DNA of 33,990 nucleotides. Source: a virus. Its lineage: Duplodnaviria; Caudoviricetes. The DNA lies in the IMG/VR virus record IMGVR_UViG_3300037631_003346, positions 1-33,990 of that record; one strand, written 5' to 3'. The notes beneath the pieces were generated by a model that was given only the letters and a program-made list of their open reading frames with translations, had not been told where the DNA came from and did no database searches. A program made the translations under genes and the position numbers. Below, piece by piece: positions 24,307 through 33,765 of this stretch; position 1 is the first letter of the stretch; the number at the start of each line of letters is the position of its first letter.

Positions 24307-24677
24307 TAAAAAGATTTAAAACTCCAGGAAGAGCAACTCCAAGATCTAATAGAAGAGGATGTTTATGTGCTAATGGTACTTATTCAATAAAGTGTTGTGA
24401 TGGATCATTACAGGCTCAAGGAATAGGTAAAACAAAAGGAGAAAGTCCTTCTGGAGATGAGTACTATTATAGGGTACAAAGATGTGGTCATAATATGAAG
24501 AAAGAGATTCATTTACACGATACCCAACTTGTAGTTGGTAACGTGTACTATTTAGAGTTTGAGAATTCAGGTCACAGCAATTGTTATACTGTACTCAATG
24601 TTTCTGCTAGCGGACAACATCATATAGAGTCAGCTACTTTATATGATGATTGTGATGCTTGTAATGCTGCTAACTAA
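24303..24677 (+). CDS. Cys-rich hypothetical protein (RRGCLC..GTYSIKCCDGSLQAQGIG)
   Basis: ORF track; head-module position. Confidence 0.65.
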   Translation: MIKRFKTPGRATPRSNRRGCLCANGTYSIKCCDGSLQAQGIGKTKGESPSGDEYYYRVQRCGHNMKKEIHLHDTQLVVGNVYYLEFENSGHSNCYTVLNVSASGQHHIESATLYDDCDACNAAN

Positions 24678-24686
24678 CCAAAAATA

Positions 24687-24714
24687 CAACAGACAGGTAA
24701 CTAATTAATTAACT
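24687..24714 (+). promoter_or_regulatory. Candidate late promoter CAACA-N16-ATTAACT
   Basis: Shared spaced motif, followed by ATATAT. Confidence 0.6.
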
Positions 24715-24731
24715 ATATATAAAATTTTATT

Positions 24732-25235
24732 ATGAAAGCAAGTGAAATCGTAGAAAAATTCAAGAACGTCCTTCTTAGTGAAGAAGACAGTTCTAAAGCC
24801 CCTGAAATGGAGGTAAAAAGTGAAGCTTCTGAAATAGAAGTAAAAGAACAAGAAGTTGTTTTAAGTGAAGAAGTCAAAGAAGTAGAAAATACTGAATCAG
24901 AAACTCAATTATCTGAAGAAGTTGATGCTTCTTATGGTGACAAAAAAGAATTAGAAGAGGGTGAAATTATTGAAAAGGTAAAAGAAGATCCTATGTCTAA
25001 ATACGCAACAAAAGAAGATCTAGAAAAAGGTATGGCAGAAATGAAAGCCTTAATAGATAGTCTTAAAATGCAAGAAGATATGCCTGAAGTTCCAGAACAA
25101 TTATCTTCTCAAGAACCAGCAGTTGAACCGATCGCACACGATCCTGAATCTTCTGTAGAGAAAAAGAGTTTAAATCTTTATGCTCAAAATAGAACTAGAA
25201 CTCTAATGGATAGAGTTCTAAGTAAAATATCGTAA
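24732..25235 (+). CDS. Capsid scaffolding protein
   Basis: Highly acidic; YATKE, PAVEPIAHDPE and T.MDRVL motifs; directly upstream of the capsid gene. Confidence 0.7.
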   Translation: MKASEIVEKFKNVLLSEEDSSKAPEMEVKSEASEIEVKEQEVVLSEEVKEVENTESETQLSEEVDASYGDKKELEEGEIIEKVKEDPMSKYATKEDLEKGMAEMKALIDSLKMQEDMPEVPEQLSSQEPAVEPIAHDPESSVEKKSLNLYAQNRTRTLMDRVLSKIS

Positions 25236-25260
25236 ATAATTAAAATTAAATAAATAAAAA

Positions 25261-26208
25261 ATGGCTACTACTACATCAATTACAAGTACTTATGCTGGCG
25301 AATTTGCAGGTAAGTACATTTCTGCTGCTTTATTATCAGGTGCTACACTTGACAAAGGAAGCATTGAGATTAAACCAAATGTAAAATACAAAGAAGTAAT
25401 TAAGAAAGTTGCAACAGACGCAAACTTAATTAAAGATGCTTCTTGTGATTTTACAGACACAGGCGCAATTACATTAACTGAAAGAATCCTTCAACCAGAA
25501 GAATTCCAAGTAAACATAGAGCTTTGTAAAAAAGACTTTAGATCTGACTGGGAAGCTATTCAAATGGGATATTCTTCATTTGATAAATTACCTCCTAAAT
25601 TTAGTGACTTCCTAATTTCTCACGTTGCTTCTAAAGTTGCTGAGAAAACTGAGCAAAATATTTGGGGCGGTGTAAACGGAAACGCTGGTGAATTTGACGG
25701 ATTTACAGTTCTTATGGGAGCTGATGGAGACGTTAACGATGCTTCTAACGGATCTGAAACTTCATTTACTTCTTCTAATATTGTTTCTTTATTAAGTAAC
25801 GTTGTTGACTCTATTCCTAACGCAGTTTACGGAAAAGAAGATTTAAAATTATTTGTACCACCAGTTGCTTACCAAGCTTACATCAGACACTTAGGTGGGT
25901 ATGGTGCTAACGGATTAGGTGCTGCTGGTTACAAGGCTGAAGGAAACCAATGGTATAACAACAATGCTTCATTATCTTTTGAAGGTATCGAAGTTGTTTA
26001 TACTCCAGGTATGCCAATTGATCACATTGTTGCAGGTGAAAAATCTAACTTATTCTTTGGAACAGGATTATTATCTGATCACAACGAAGTAAAAGTTATC
26101 GATATGGCTGATCTTGATGGATCTCAAAACGTAAGAATAGTTATGAGATTTACAAGTGGAGTTCAATATGGTATTGGAAGTGACTTAGCATTACTTACAC
26201 TAGCATAA
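25261..26208 (+). CDS. Major capsid protein
   Basis: MATTTSITSTYAGEFAGKYISAALLS, ERILQPEEFQVN..LCKKDF, NLFFGTGLLSD.NEVKVIDM; follows the scaffold; terminator downstream. Confidence 0.85.
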   Translation: MATTTSITSTYAGEFAGKYISAALLSGATLDKGSIEIKPNVKYKEVIKKVATDANLIKDASCDFTDTGAITLTERILQPEEFQVNIELCKKDFRSDWEAIQMGYSSFDKLPPKFSDFLISHVASKVAEKTEQNIWGGVNGNAGEFDGFTVLMGADGDVNDASNGSETSFTSSNIVSLLSNVVDSIPNAVYGKEDLKLFVPPVAYQAYIRHLGGYGANGLGAAGYKAEGNQWYNNNASLSFEGIEVVYTPGMPIDHIVAGEKSNLFFGTGLLSDHNEVKVIDMADLDGSQNVRIVMRFTSGVQYGIGSDLALLTLA

Positions 26209-26230
26209 TAAATAAAATAGATGTTTAACA

Positions 26231-26255
26231 AAAGGGCGGCTAACGCCGCCTTTTT
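26231..26255 (+). terminator. Intrinsic terminator after the capsid gene
   Basis: GGCGGC-TAAC-GCCGCC followed by TTTTT. Confidence 0.85.
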
Positions 26256-26274
26256 AATATAAAAAAATAATAAT

Positions 26275-26880
26275 ATGAGTTGCGATTTAACACAAGGAAG
26301 ACAAAGACCGTGTAAGGACTCAGTAGGAGGTATAAAAGCCGTTTATTTCATTAACTATGGTACAACTGACGTTACTTATGATGGTAGTAATGCAGATGAA
26401 ATTGATGGGCTTGGATCTGGACTTTCTGCTTACAGATACGATCTTAAAGGCAATTCTAATTTAGAACAAACAATTAATTCTTCTACTGATACTGGAGGAA
26501 CATTCTTTGAGCAAGTTCTAACATTAGTTTTACCTAAATTAACACTAAAAGACCATAAAGAAATTAAATTATTGTCTTTTGGAAGACCACACATTATTGT
26601 AAAAGATAATAACGATAATTATTTCTATGTAGGTAATGAACACGGAGCTGATGTAACTGGTGGAACTATTTCTACTGGATCTGCAATGGGAGATCTAAGT
26701 GGATACAATTTAACTTTATCTGCTCAAGAAAGACAACCTGCTAACTTTATTTCAGTTTCTGCTGAAACAGATACTGAATTAACTTTAGGAGACTCAAGTA
26801 CAATTACTGTTGTACCTGGAGTTGCTAGTGATGTAGATGTTGATGATGATCCATCAGGAATACCAGGAGGAGGAAACTAA
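26275..26880 (+). CDS. Major tail (tube) protein
   Basis: MSCDLTQGR..PCKDSVGGIK, GTFFEQ.L, G.AMGDLSGY.LT motifs. Confidence 0.7.
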   Translation: MSCDLTQGRQRPCKDSVGGIKAVYFINYGTTDVTYDGSNADEIDGLGSGLSAYRYDLKGNSNLEQTINSSTDTGGTFFEQVLTLVLPKLTLKDHKEIKLLSFGRPHIIVKDNNDNYFYVGNEHGADVTGGTISTGSAMGDLSGYNLTLSAQERQPANFISVSAETDTELTLGDSSTITVVPGVASDVDVDDDPSGIPGGGN

Positions 26881-26898
26881 TCAATCCTTAATTTGTAT

Positions 26899-26928
26899 AA
26901 AAGCCTCACTTTTTAGTGGGGCTTTTTT
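26899..26928 (+). terminator. Intrinsic terminator
   Basis: AAAAGCCTCACT-TTTT-AGTGGGGCTTTT followed by a T run. Confidence 0.85.
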
Positions 26929-26933
26929 ATTTA

Positions 26934-26961
26934 AAACAGAATAGGTTTTTTTTGATTATCT
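26934..26961 (+). promoter_or_regulatory. Candidate late promoter AAACA-N16-ATTATCT
   Basis: Shared spaced motif directly after a terminator, where re-initiation is needed. Confidence 0.65.
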
Positions 26962-26965
26962 ATAT

Positions 26966-27322
26966 ATGATAATACTATTACCGATATCAACTTCACAAAC
27001 AATTAAAATTGTACCTAGATCTTACTTAGAAGACAGTAATGTACAGTTGAAAATTACCGAAGATGGTACTAGAAAAACAGAAACACTAACAGGCCTAACA
27101 GCAACGTATAGTGGAAACTTTATAGAAATACCTTGTACTTTTAGTATTTTATCTGAAAGTAAAATGTATTATATAGAGGTTACAAGATCAGGAAGTTTAT
27201 TATACAGAGATAAGGCATATTGTACAGCTCAAACAGACAGAACTATTCCTCATACATTAAACACAGGAAAGTATGATGAGCATACCGCTTCCCCTTCAGG
27301 ACAAAAATATATAACAATATAA
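26966..27322 (+). CDS. Hypothetical structural protein
   Basis: ORF track; LLYRDKAYCTAQ motif; precedes the portal gene. Confidence 0.65.
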   Translation: MIILLPISTSQTIKIVPRSYLEDSNVQLKITEDGTRKTETLTGLTATYSGNFIEIPCTFSILSESKMYYIEVTRSGSLLYRDKAYCTAQTDRTIPHTLNTGKYDEHTASPSGQKYITI

Positions 27323-27323
27323 T

Positions 27324-28556
27324 ATGAGTAGAAAGAAAACATATAAAAATAATATTAGAGTTGTTAATCTACAGGGTTATACTACACCAGAAATAAAAGA
27401 ACATTATAATAAAGAGTGGGTAACTTATGGAGAAAACAATGATTATTTTGACAACTTAATAAACCTTTACTTAAGTAGTCCAACAAATTCCTGTTGTATA
27501 AATGGTATTGTAGATATGATCTACGGTAGAGGTATAGATGCTACAGATAATCAGGAGAAACCTGAAATGTATGCTAGAATGAAAGACCTTGTAAAAGGAG
27601 ACCAGGTAAAAAGAATCGTAAATGACTATAAATTACTTGGACAGGCTGCAATGCAAATTGTTTATAATAAATCTAAAACGGCTATAACGAGTGTTACTCA
27701 TTTTCCAATGGAAACTATTAGAGCTGAAAAAGCAGATAAAGGACAAATAAAAGCTTACTACTATCATCCTAAATGGGCTGATATGAAAACAAGCGATAAA
27801 CCTAAAAGGATTCCTGCTTTTGGTTACGGAAGTAAAAGCGAATACAGAGAGCTTTACGTCATTAAACCTTATAGGTCTGGATTCTATTACTATGCTCCAG
27901 TTGATTATCACGGATCCTTACAGTACTCTTCTTTAGAAGAAGAAGTATCTAATTATCATATTAATAATATTAAAAATGGTTTACAGCCAAGTTTACTTAT
28001 TAATTTTAATAATGGTGTTCCGGATGAAGAAGCTCAGCAATTAATAGAAGGTAAGATCCAGGATAAATTTGGAGGAACTTCTAATTCAGGTAAATTTATA
28101 TTAGCCTTTAATGAAGATCCAGAAAGAAAAGCAGATATAGAACCAATACATTTACCAGATGCTCACGCACAATATCAGTTCTTAGCAGATGAGGCTAGAG
28201 AAAAGATAATGTTGGGCCATAGAATTGTATCGCCAATATTGCTTGGTATTAAAGACAATACAGGCTTTGGGAATAACGCAGAAGAGCTTAGAACAGCTTC
28301 TATCCTTATGGACAACATAGTTATTAGGCCATTCCAAGAACAGCTCTTAGAATGCTTTAATAAGCTTTTAGAGTTTAACGGCATATATTTAAATCTTTAT
28401 TTTGTAACTCTTCAGCCAATTGAGTTTACTGAACTTGATAACATTGAGACTAAAATCAAAAGAGAAGAAGAGACTGGGGAAAAATTATCTGCCATAGAAA
28501 GAGTTAAATCAATATTTAAAAAGAAAAAAGATGAAAGCACTATTCATAACGACTGA
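27324..28556 (+). CDS. Portal protein
   Basis: WVTYGENNDY, SPTN..CI.G..DMIYGRG, NNIKNGLQPS, KFGGTSNSGKF, HRIVSPILLGI, GNNAEEL. Confidence 0.9.
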   Translation: MSRKKTYKNNIRVVNLQGYTTPEIKEHYNKEWVTYGENNDYFDNLINLYLSSPTNSCCINGIVDMIYGRGIDATDNQEKPEMYARMKDLVKGDQVKRIVNDYKLLGQAAMQIVYNKSKTAITSVTHFPMETIRAEKADKGQIKAYYYHPKWADMKTSDKPKRIPAFGYGSKSEYRELYVIKPYRSGFYYYAPVDYHGSLQYSSLEEEVSNYHINNIKNGLQPSLLINFNNGVPDEEAQQLIEGKIQDKFGGTSNSGKFILAFNEDPERKADIEPIHLPDAHAQYQFLADEAREKIMLGHRIVSPILLGIKDNTGFGNNAEELRTASILMDNIVIRPFQEQLLECFNKLLEFNGIYLNLYFVTLQPIEFTELDNIETKIKREEETGEKLSAIERVKSIFKKKKDESTIHND

Positions 28557-29040
28557 TGATTTAAGAAGAAAATCCATAATTGGAGGTGCTGTAGATGCTG
28601 ATAAATTTATTCAGTTTATTGAAGTAGCTCAGGACATTCATATTCAGAATTATTTAGGAACTAAACTATATAATAAAATATCAACATTAATAATAAATGA
28701 TACTATTGATGATTCTGGTAATGCAGTATATAAAACACTCCTAAACGACTACTTAACACCAATGCTAATCTGGTTTGCACAAAGTGACTATTATATGTTT
28801 GCTTCATATCAAGTTAGTAATGGAGGTGTCTTTAGACATCGAAGTGAGTCTTCAGAGACTCCTTCGATGCAAGAAATTAAATCTTTAGTAGACAGCTCTA
28901 GAGATAAGGCTGAATTTTATGTTAGAAGATTTTTAGATTATATGGATAACAATAGTAACTCATATCCGGAATATAATGATGTTAATGAAGATGGAATGTA
29001 TCCTGATAAGAATGAGAATTTCAATGGATGGGTTTTATGA
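28531..29040 (+). CDS. Head-tail connector/adaptor protein
   Basis: VDADKF..FI..AQDIHIQNYLGTKLY motif; follows the portal gene. Confidence 0.6.
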   Translation: MKALFITTDDLRRKSIIGGAVDADKFIQFIEVAQDIHIQNYLGTKLYNKISTLIINDTIDDSGNAVYKTLLNDYLTPMLIWFAQSDYYMFASYQVSNGGVFRHRSESSETPSMQEIKSLVDSSRDKAEFYVRRFLDYMDNNSNSYPEYNDVNEDGMYPDKNENFNGWVL

Positions 29041-29141
29041 TAAGTAAAAAAAATACTTATAAACCTAAACAGGAGAATGTAGTTAAATTAAAAGTATTTA
29101 TTGATAAAATACTTAATAAACAAAACAATAAAAACAAATAG
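29037..29141 (+). CDS. Small basic protein, 34 aa (MISKKNTYKPKQENVVKLKVFIDK...)
   Basis: Manual translation; ATGA overlap. Confidence 0.55.
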   Translation: MISKKNTYKPKQENVVKLKVFIDKILNKQNNKNK

Positions 29142-29147
29142 ATATTT

Positions 29148-32100
29148 ATGGGAACGACTTTAACAGGAACTAGAATATCTGATACTTATGATTCACTTTT
29201 AAAGGCAACTGATAATGGAATCATAACATCTAGTGCTAAACAGATTACAGATGGTGTAGGAAATAATACACCTTTATATATATCAACAACTAGAATAGGT
29301 ATAGGAGTTTCACCTACTACTACATTCCAAGTTGCTGGTAATTCTAAAATAGGAGGAGATCTAACCGTAACAGGTGATTTACTTGTTGAAGGAACTACTA
29401 CTACTGTGGATACTGACACCTTAAGTGTCAAGGATCCACTAATTATAGTAGGAAATGATAATAATACTTCTGATCTTGTTGATCTAGGTTTTTATGGCCT
29501 ATATGATACTTCAGGATCTCAGGATTTATATGCTGGACTTTATAGAAGTGCTTCAGATACTAAATTTCATTTATTTAAAGACTTACAAGAAGAACCTACT
29601 ACAACAGTAAATACAAGTGGAACAGGATATGCAGTAGCTAGTTTAGTTGCTAATTTAGAAGGTAATGTAACAGGTAATCTTACTGGTAATGTTACAGGTG
29701 GAACGATATCAGGTACTACTGGAACATTTAGTGGGGATGTAGATATTGACGGAACATTAGATGTAGATGATGTAATAAGTGTTGAAGGTTCTGCTTTTGG
29801 TAGAATAGAAATAGGTGGAGCTTCAGGTGGTTATATAGATTTAAAAGCACCTAACTCTGATGATTATGATTTTAGAATAATTACAAGTTCTGGTGGCAAT
29901 GAAATAACTACAGCTACAGGAGACTTAATATTTAATACAGCAGAAACATTAGCGTTAACGATAGACACTTCACAAGATGCTACTTTTGCAGGAGGTGTAA
30001 GTGCTACAACAGGAACATTTAGCGGAGATGTAAATGTTAATTCTAATCTTATTGTAACAACAGGAACAACAATATCTGGCTCAGCTAATGGTTCTAATGT
30101 TATAGCAAAAATAGATTCATCAGCAGGAACTGATTCTGGTGGGTTAGAAATACATACTGGTGACAATAATGGAGATGAAGCTGCTTTATTACACACAAAT
30201 TATAATGGAGATGAGGCATTTAGAATATCATCTTTAGGTCATATTGTTTCTACTGGAAGTGCAAGTTTTGTAGGTCAGGTAACTATTCCAGAAACTCCTA
30301 CAGCAGATACTCACGCAGCATCTAAAGGTTATGTAGATGCAGCAGTAGAAGGACAAGATACCTTAGCTGAAATACTTGCAATAGGTAATACTTCAGGCGG
30401 AACGTCAATGATTATTAGTAATGGAGATGACCTTACAGTAAACACAAGTACGCTTAAAGTAGATTCAACTAATAGTCAAGTAGGAATTAATAATGCAAGT
30501 CCTTCAGGTTTTACAAGTGACGCAAATGATTTAATTATTGGTGACGGTACTGGAAATAGAGGACTGACAATATATTCTTCTAGTACGGCTTATGGTCACT
30601 TATTTTTTCAAGATGCTGAATCTAGTAGTAGTACAAACGGAGGTTTTATTGCTTACACACACGTTGGTGATGGTTTTGAAATTGGTGTTGGTGGAGCAGG
30701 ACTAGGAGCAGGTAGTTTAAGTATAGGTTCTCGAGTATATACAAGAAAAGATTTTGTAGTTAATGCCACATACACAAATCAATTTGATACTCTTACTGTG
30801 GATGCTTCAGCTGCAAAATTAGGAATAAGAAATGATGCTCCTGCATACCCATTAGATGTTAATGGAGAAGCAAATATCACTTCAAATTTAATAGTAGACA
30901 CAGACACTTTGTTTGTAGATGCTTCAGAAGATAACGTAGGAATCGGAACTACTTCGCCTGATGCTAAATTAAGTTTATATCACGCAACAGATAATGTCTC
31001 AATAAATGTAAATACTGGAACAGGTGGTTCTTATCCTAAAAAAACAGGTATATCTTTTGGTGCTACATCCACAAGTTTAGGAGGAGATTCTGAATTTAAA
31101 GGTGGTGCTGGAATACAAGCTATAAATACTGCTTCAAGTAATAATCCAACTGATTTAGCTTTTTGGACAACAAGTGGTGGTTCACCAACAGAAAGAATGC
31201 GTATTGATTCTGCAGGAAACGTAGGAATTAATGATACTGTTTCAGGTAACTTTACTACAAACTATGATACAAAATTATTAGTAGGAGGAGAAATAACTGC
31301 AAGAAGTTTAACAGCGAGTGCATCAATGATTTCAATAGGTGGTGATTCTACTTCTGCATTTATTAAAGTAGGTAAACAAGATGGTTCTCAAACAGCAAGA
31401 CCATTAAGAATAAAGGTAGGCACATCTGAAGCAATGCGTATAGACAGTAACGGCACATTATTAGTTGGAGGTACTGATTCTCCATCAACTTCTTGGAAAG
31501 GTACTGCTGTTTTTGGTCAACAAGGAACAAGAAAAGTTATTATAGGTTATTTGAGTGCATTTAGCGAAAATGTAGTAGGTGGTCATAATTCTGCTTTAGA
31601 TGCTTGGGATTCACTTTCTTTTGCAGCTACTGATTTTAAGTTCAGAACTGGTTCTGGTGCAACTGATACATCTATGGTTATAGACAGTTCAGGAAACGTA
31701 GGGATTGGAATTGACCCTTCATACAAACTTGAAATTAAAAGTTCTGGTGCAGGAAACTATATACAACATTTTGTTTCAAGCGATGGTGCTTCTTTGGGTG
31801 GGTTTTATGAAAATGCAGATACAGATGCTTTGTTCTTTTTGAAAAATGCTTCTGGAGCTATAAAAGTTGAAATTGATAGTGATGGGGATAGTTATTTTAA
31901 TGGAGGAAACGTAGGGATTACAGCATCAGCTTCATTAAGATTTAATGGAGTAGCTGATAATACACACGCAGTAGGTTATGATTCAGTAATTGATGGTTCT
32001 TTTTTACGAGGACAACTTGGAATGAGGTTTTTAACTGGAACTGGTGGTGGTTCAGAAAGAATGCGTATAGATAGTTCTGGTAACACAACTTTTACAGGAA

Positions 32101-32903
32101 ATGTAATATCTTTAGATACTTTTTATTTGCAAAATAGTAGTGGTAAAAGATGGCAACAATTATTTGACGGCAATAACTGGAATTTAAGATATTACAATGG
32201 AAGTAGTTGGAGTGCATATGCTTTAGCAATAGATACATCAAATAACGCAACTTTTTCAGGAAACGTAGGAATCGGAACTGATTCGCCTTCTGAAATTTTA
32301 CAAACAAATAAAAATAGTGCAGGAAATATTGTAGGTGGTTATTTTACAAACTCACAAGCTAACACAGGTGCTGAATCAGTAAGTTTAGCTTTTGGATTAA
32401 ATAGAAGTGGTGGAGATTTTGTAAGACAAGTAAAAGCAATAACTTTTGGTGCAGAACAACAATGGACAGGAACTCCAAGTACAGTTGACAGCTATTTAGC
32501 ATTTAGTACAATTTCAAACGAAACTGTTGCAGAAAGAATGCGTATAACATCTGGGGGAGACTTACACGTTGATGGAGATGTTGTTGCTTATTCTACAACT
32601 ATATCTGATAAAAGATTAAAAGATAATGTAAAGCCATTAGAAAGTTCTTTAGATAAAGTAATGAATCTAAAAGGTGTTGAGTATGTATGGAACAATGGAA
32701 GTAGAAAAGGACAAAAAGATATAGGATTTATTGCACAAGAAGTAGAAGATGTTATACCAGAAATAGTAAGAGAAAAACAAGTAATATTTGATAAACAAGA
32801 AAAATATAAAACAGTAGATTATGAAAAGATTACAGCAGTATTAGTAGAGGCTGTAAAAGAATTAACTGCTAAAGTAGAAAGATTAGAAAATAAATGTAAA
32901 TAA
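29148..32903 (+). CDS. Long tail fibre with a C-terminal intramolecular chaperone (peptidase S74-like)
   Basis: Repeated ERMRIDSSGNVGIG-type units; C-terminal SDKRLKDNV...GFIAQEVE...VDY..LVEAVKEL. Confidence 0.92.
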   Translation: MGTTLTGTRISDTYDSLLKATDNGIITSSAKQITDGVGNNTPLYISTTRIGIGVSPTTTFQVAGNSKIGGDLTVTGDLLVEGTTTTVDTDTLSVKDPLIIVGNDNNTSDLVDLGFYGLYDTSGSQDLYAGLYRSASDTKFHLFKDLQEEPTTTVNTSGTGYAVASLVANLEGNVTGNLTGNVTGGTISGTTGTFSGDVDIDGTLDVDDVISVEGSAFGRIEIGGASGGYIDLKAPNSDDYDFRIITSSGGNEITTATGDLIFNTAETLALTIDTSQDATFAGGVSATTGTFSGDVNVNSNLIVTTGTTISGSANGSNVIAKIDSSAGTDSGGLEIHTGDNNGDEAALLHTNYNGDEAFRISSLGHIVSTGSASFVGQVTIPETPTADTHAASKGYVDAAVEGQDTLAEILAIGNTSGGTSMIISNGDDLTVNTSTLKVDSTNSQVGINNASPSGFTSDANDLIIGDGTGNRGLTIYSSSTAYGHLFFQDAESSSSTNGGFIAYTHVGDGFEIGVGGAGLGAGSLSIGSRVYTRKDFVVNATYTNQFDTLTVDASAAKLGIRNDAPAYPLDVNGEANITSNLIVDTDTLFVDASEDNVGIGTTSPDAKLSLYHATDNVSINVNTGTGGSYPKKTGISFGATSTSLGGDSEFKGGAGIQAINTASSNNPTDLAFWTTSGGSPTERMRIDSAGNVGINDTVSGNFTTNYDTKLLVGGEITARSLTASASMISIGGDSTSAFIKVGKQDGSQTARPLRIKVGTSEAMRIDSNGTLLVGGTDSPSTSWKGTAVFGQQGTRKVIIGYLSAFSENVVGGHNSALDAWDSLSFAATDFKFRTGSGATDTSMVIDSSGNVGIGIDPSYKLEIKSSGAGNYIQHFVSSDGASLGGFYENADTDALFFLKNASGAIKVEIDSDGDSYFNGGNVGITASASLRFNGVADNTHAVGYDSVIDGSFLRGQLGMRFLTGTGGGSERMRIDSSGNTTFTGNVISLDTFYLQNSSGKRWQQLFDGNNWNLRYYNGSSWSAYALAIDTSNNATFSGNVGIGTDSPSEILQTNKNSAGNIVGGYFTNSQANTGAESVSLAFGLNRSGGDFVRQVKAITFGAEQQWTGTPSTVDSYLAFSTISNETVAERMRITSGGDLHVDGDVVAYSTTISDKRLKDNVKPLESSLDKVMNLKGVEYVWNNGSRKGQKDIGFIAQEVEDVIPEIVREKQVIFDKQEKYKTVDYEKITAVLVEAVKELTAKVERLENKCK

Positions 32904-33385
32904 TGGCATTACCAAGTTCAGGAGAAATAAAGGCAAGTCAAATAAACACAGAAGCAGGTAGAAGCTCTAATGCTGAAGCACCTTTGTCTGGTAGTAGTTC
33001 TACTCCACAAGCAGGTTCTTTAGTAAAGATATATGAAGGTGCAGGTGTAGACCAATCTGCTCCTCATAGCTATTCTGAGTTTCACGGAATAGCATTTTCA
33101 TTAGAATTAACTAACTTGTTTGTAGAAGATTCCCCTCTTTTTAGTGGTTATTATGATGGTTCTATTGGTGATGCTTCAAATTTATCAGTAGGAGACGTTA
33201 TTTATTCTGACTCATCTTTAACAACTAAACTTTATGATAATCCAGGAGGTTCAGACCAAACTTACAATCAATGGGGAACTGCATCAACAACAACACATTG
33301 TCCTGTGGGAACTGGATATTTAATGAGAATGGATTTAAACGCAACAACATCAGAAATAGAATTAATACAATGTGACTTAGTTTAA
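32903..33385 (+). CDS. Tail-fibre-associated protein (MALPSSGEI... family)
   Basis: The MAL..SG.I....IN.E N-terminus is commonly found after S74-type fibres. Confidence 0.6.
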   Translation: MALPSSGEIKASQINTEAGRSSNAEAPLSGSSSTPQAGSLVKIYEGAGVDQSAPHSYSEFHGIAFSLELTNLFVEDSPLFSGYYDGSIGDASNLSVGDVIYSDSSLTTKLYDNPGGSDQTYNQWGTASTTTHCPVGTGYLMRMDLNATTSEIELIQCDLV

Positions 33386-33401
33386 AAATAAATAAATAAA
33401 T

Positions 33402-33728
33402 ATGGCAAATACTTATAATTGGAGAATAAACGCATTAGATGCTAAAATCAACAAAGACGACTTAGACAATGTAATTTATACAGTACATTGGTCTTTTACA
33501 GGTCAAGATGATTCAGAAGAACCTGTATCAGCAAGTTCAATAGGTGCTTTAGGAGTACAATACAATCCTGAAGAACCATTTATAGAATATGCTGATTTAA
33601 CTAAAGAAGATGTAGTTGGATGGTTAGAAGCTAGATTAGATGTTGACAGTATGAAAGAAAACATAGACAAACAAATAGAACTAAAAAAGAATCCTGTAGA
33701 CGAAACATTAAGACCTGACTGGGATTAA
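33402..33728 (+). CDS. Conserved phage protein, possibly fibre assembly
   Basis: TYNW.I...VIYTVHW...FIEYADLT..DVVGW motifs. Confidence 0.6.
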   Translation: MANTYNWRINALDAKINKDDLDNVIYTVHWSFTGQDDSEEPVSASSIGALGVQYNPEEPFIEYADLTKEDVVGWLEARLDVDSMKENIDKQIELKKNPVDETLRPDWD

Positions 33729-33733
33729 TTTAA

Positions 33734-33741
33734 TATATTTG
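33734..33741 (+). promoter_or_regulatory. TATATTTG -7 box
   Basis: Matches TAnnTTTG upstream of ATG 33766. Confidence 0.55.
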
Positions 33742-33765
33742 TAATATAACTATAAATTTAATAAA

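Noticed and set aside
240-32307. Short antisense or alternate-frame ORFs in the track (e.g. 240-, 253+, 805-, 3604-, 5065-, 16050-, 29864-)
   Set aside because: They are shadows of well-supported + strand genes and show no protein-like motifs or promoters.
29148-32903. Diversity-generating retroelement or invertase-driven fibre switching
   Set aside because: No reverse transcriptase, no template/variable repeat pair differing at adenines, no invertase and no inverted cassettes were seen.
31966-33344. Partial motif matches ACGCAGTAGG (31966) and TTAAACGCAA (33335)
   Set aside because: Single 10-nt matches inside coding sequence, unclustered and plausibly chance.
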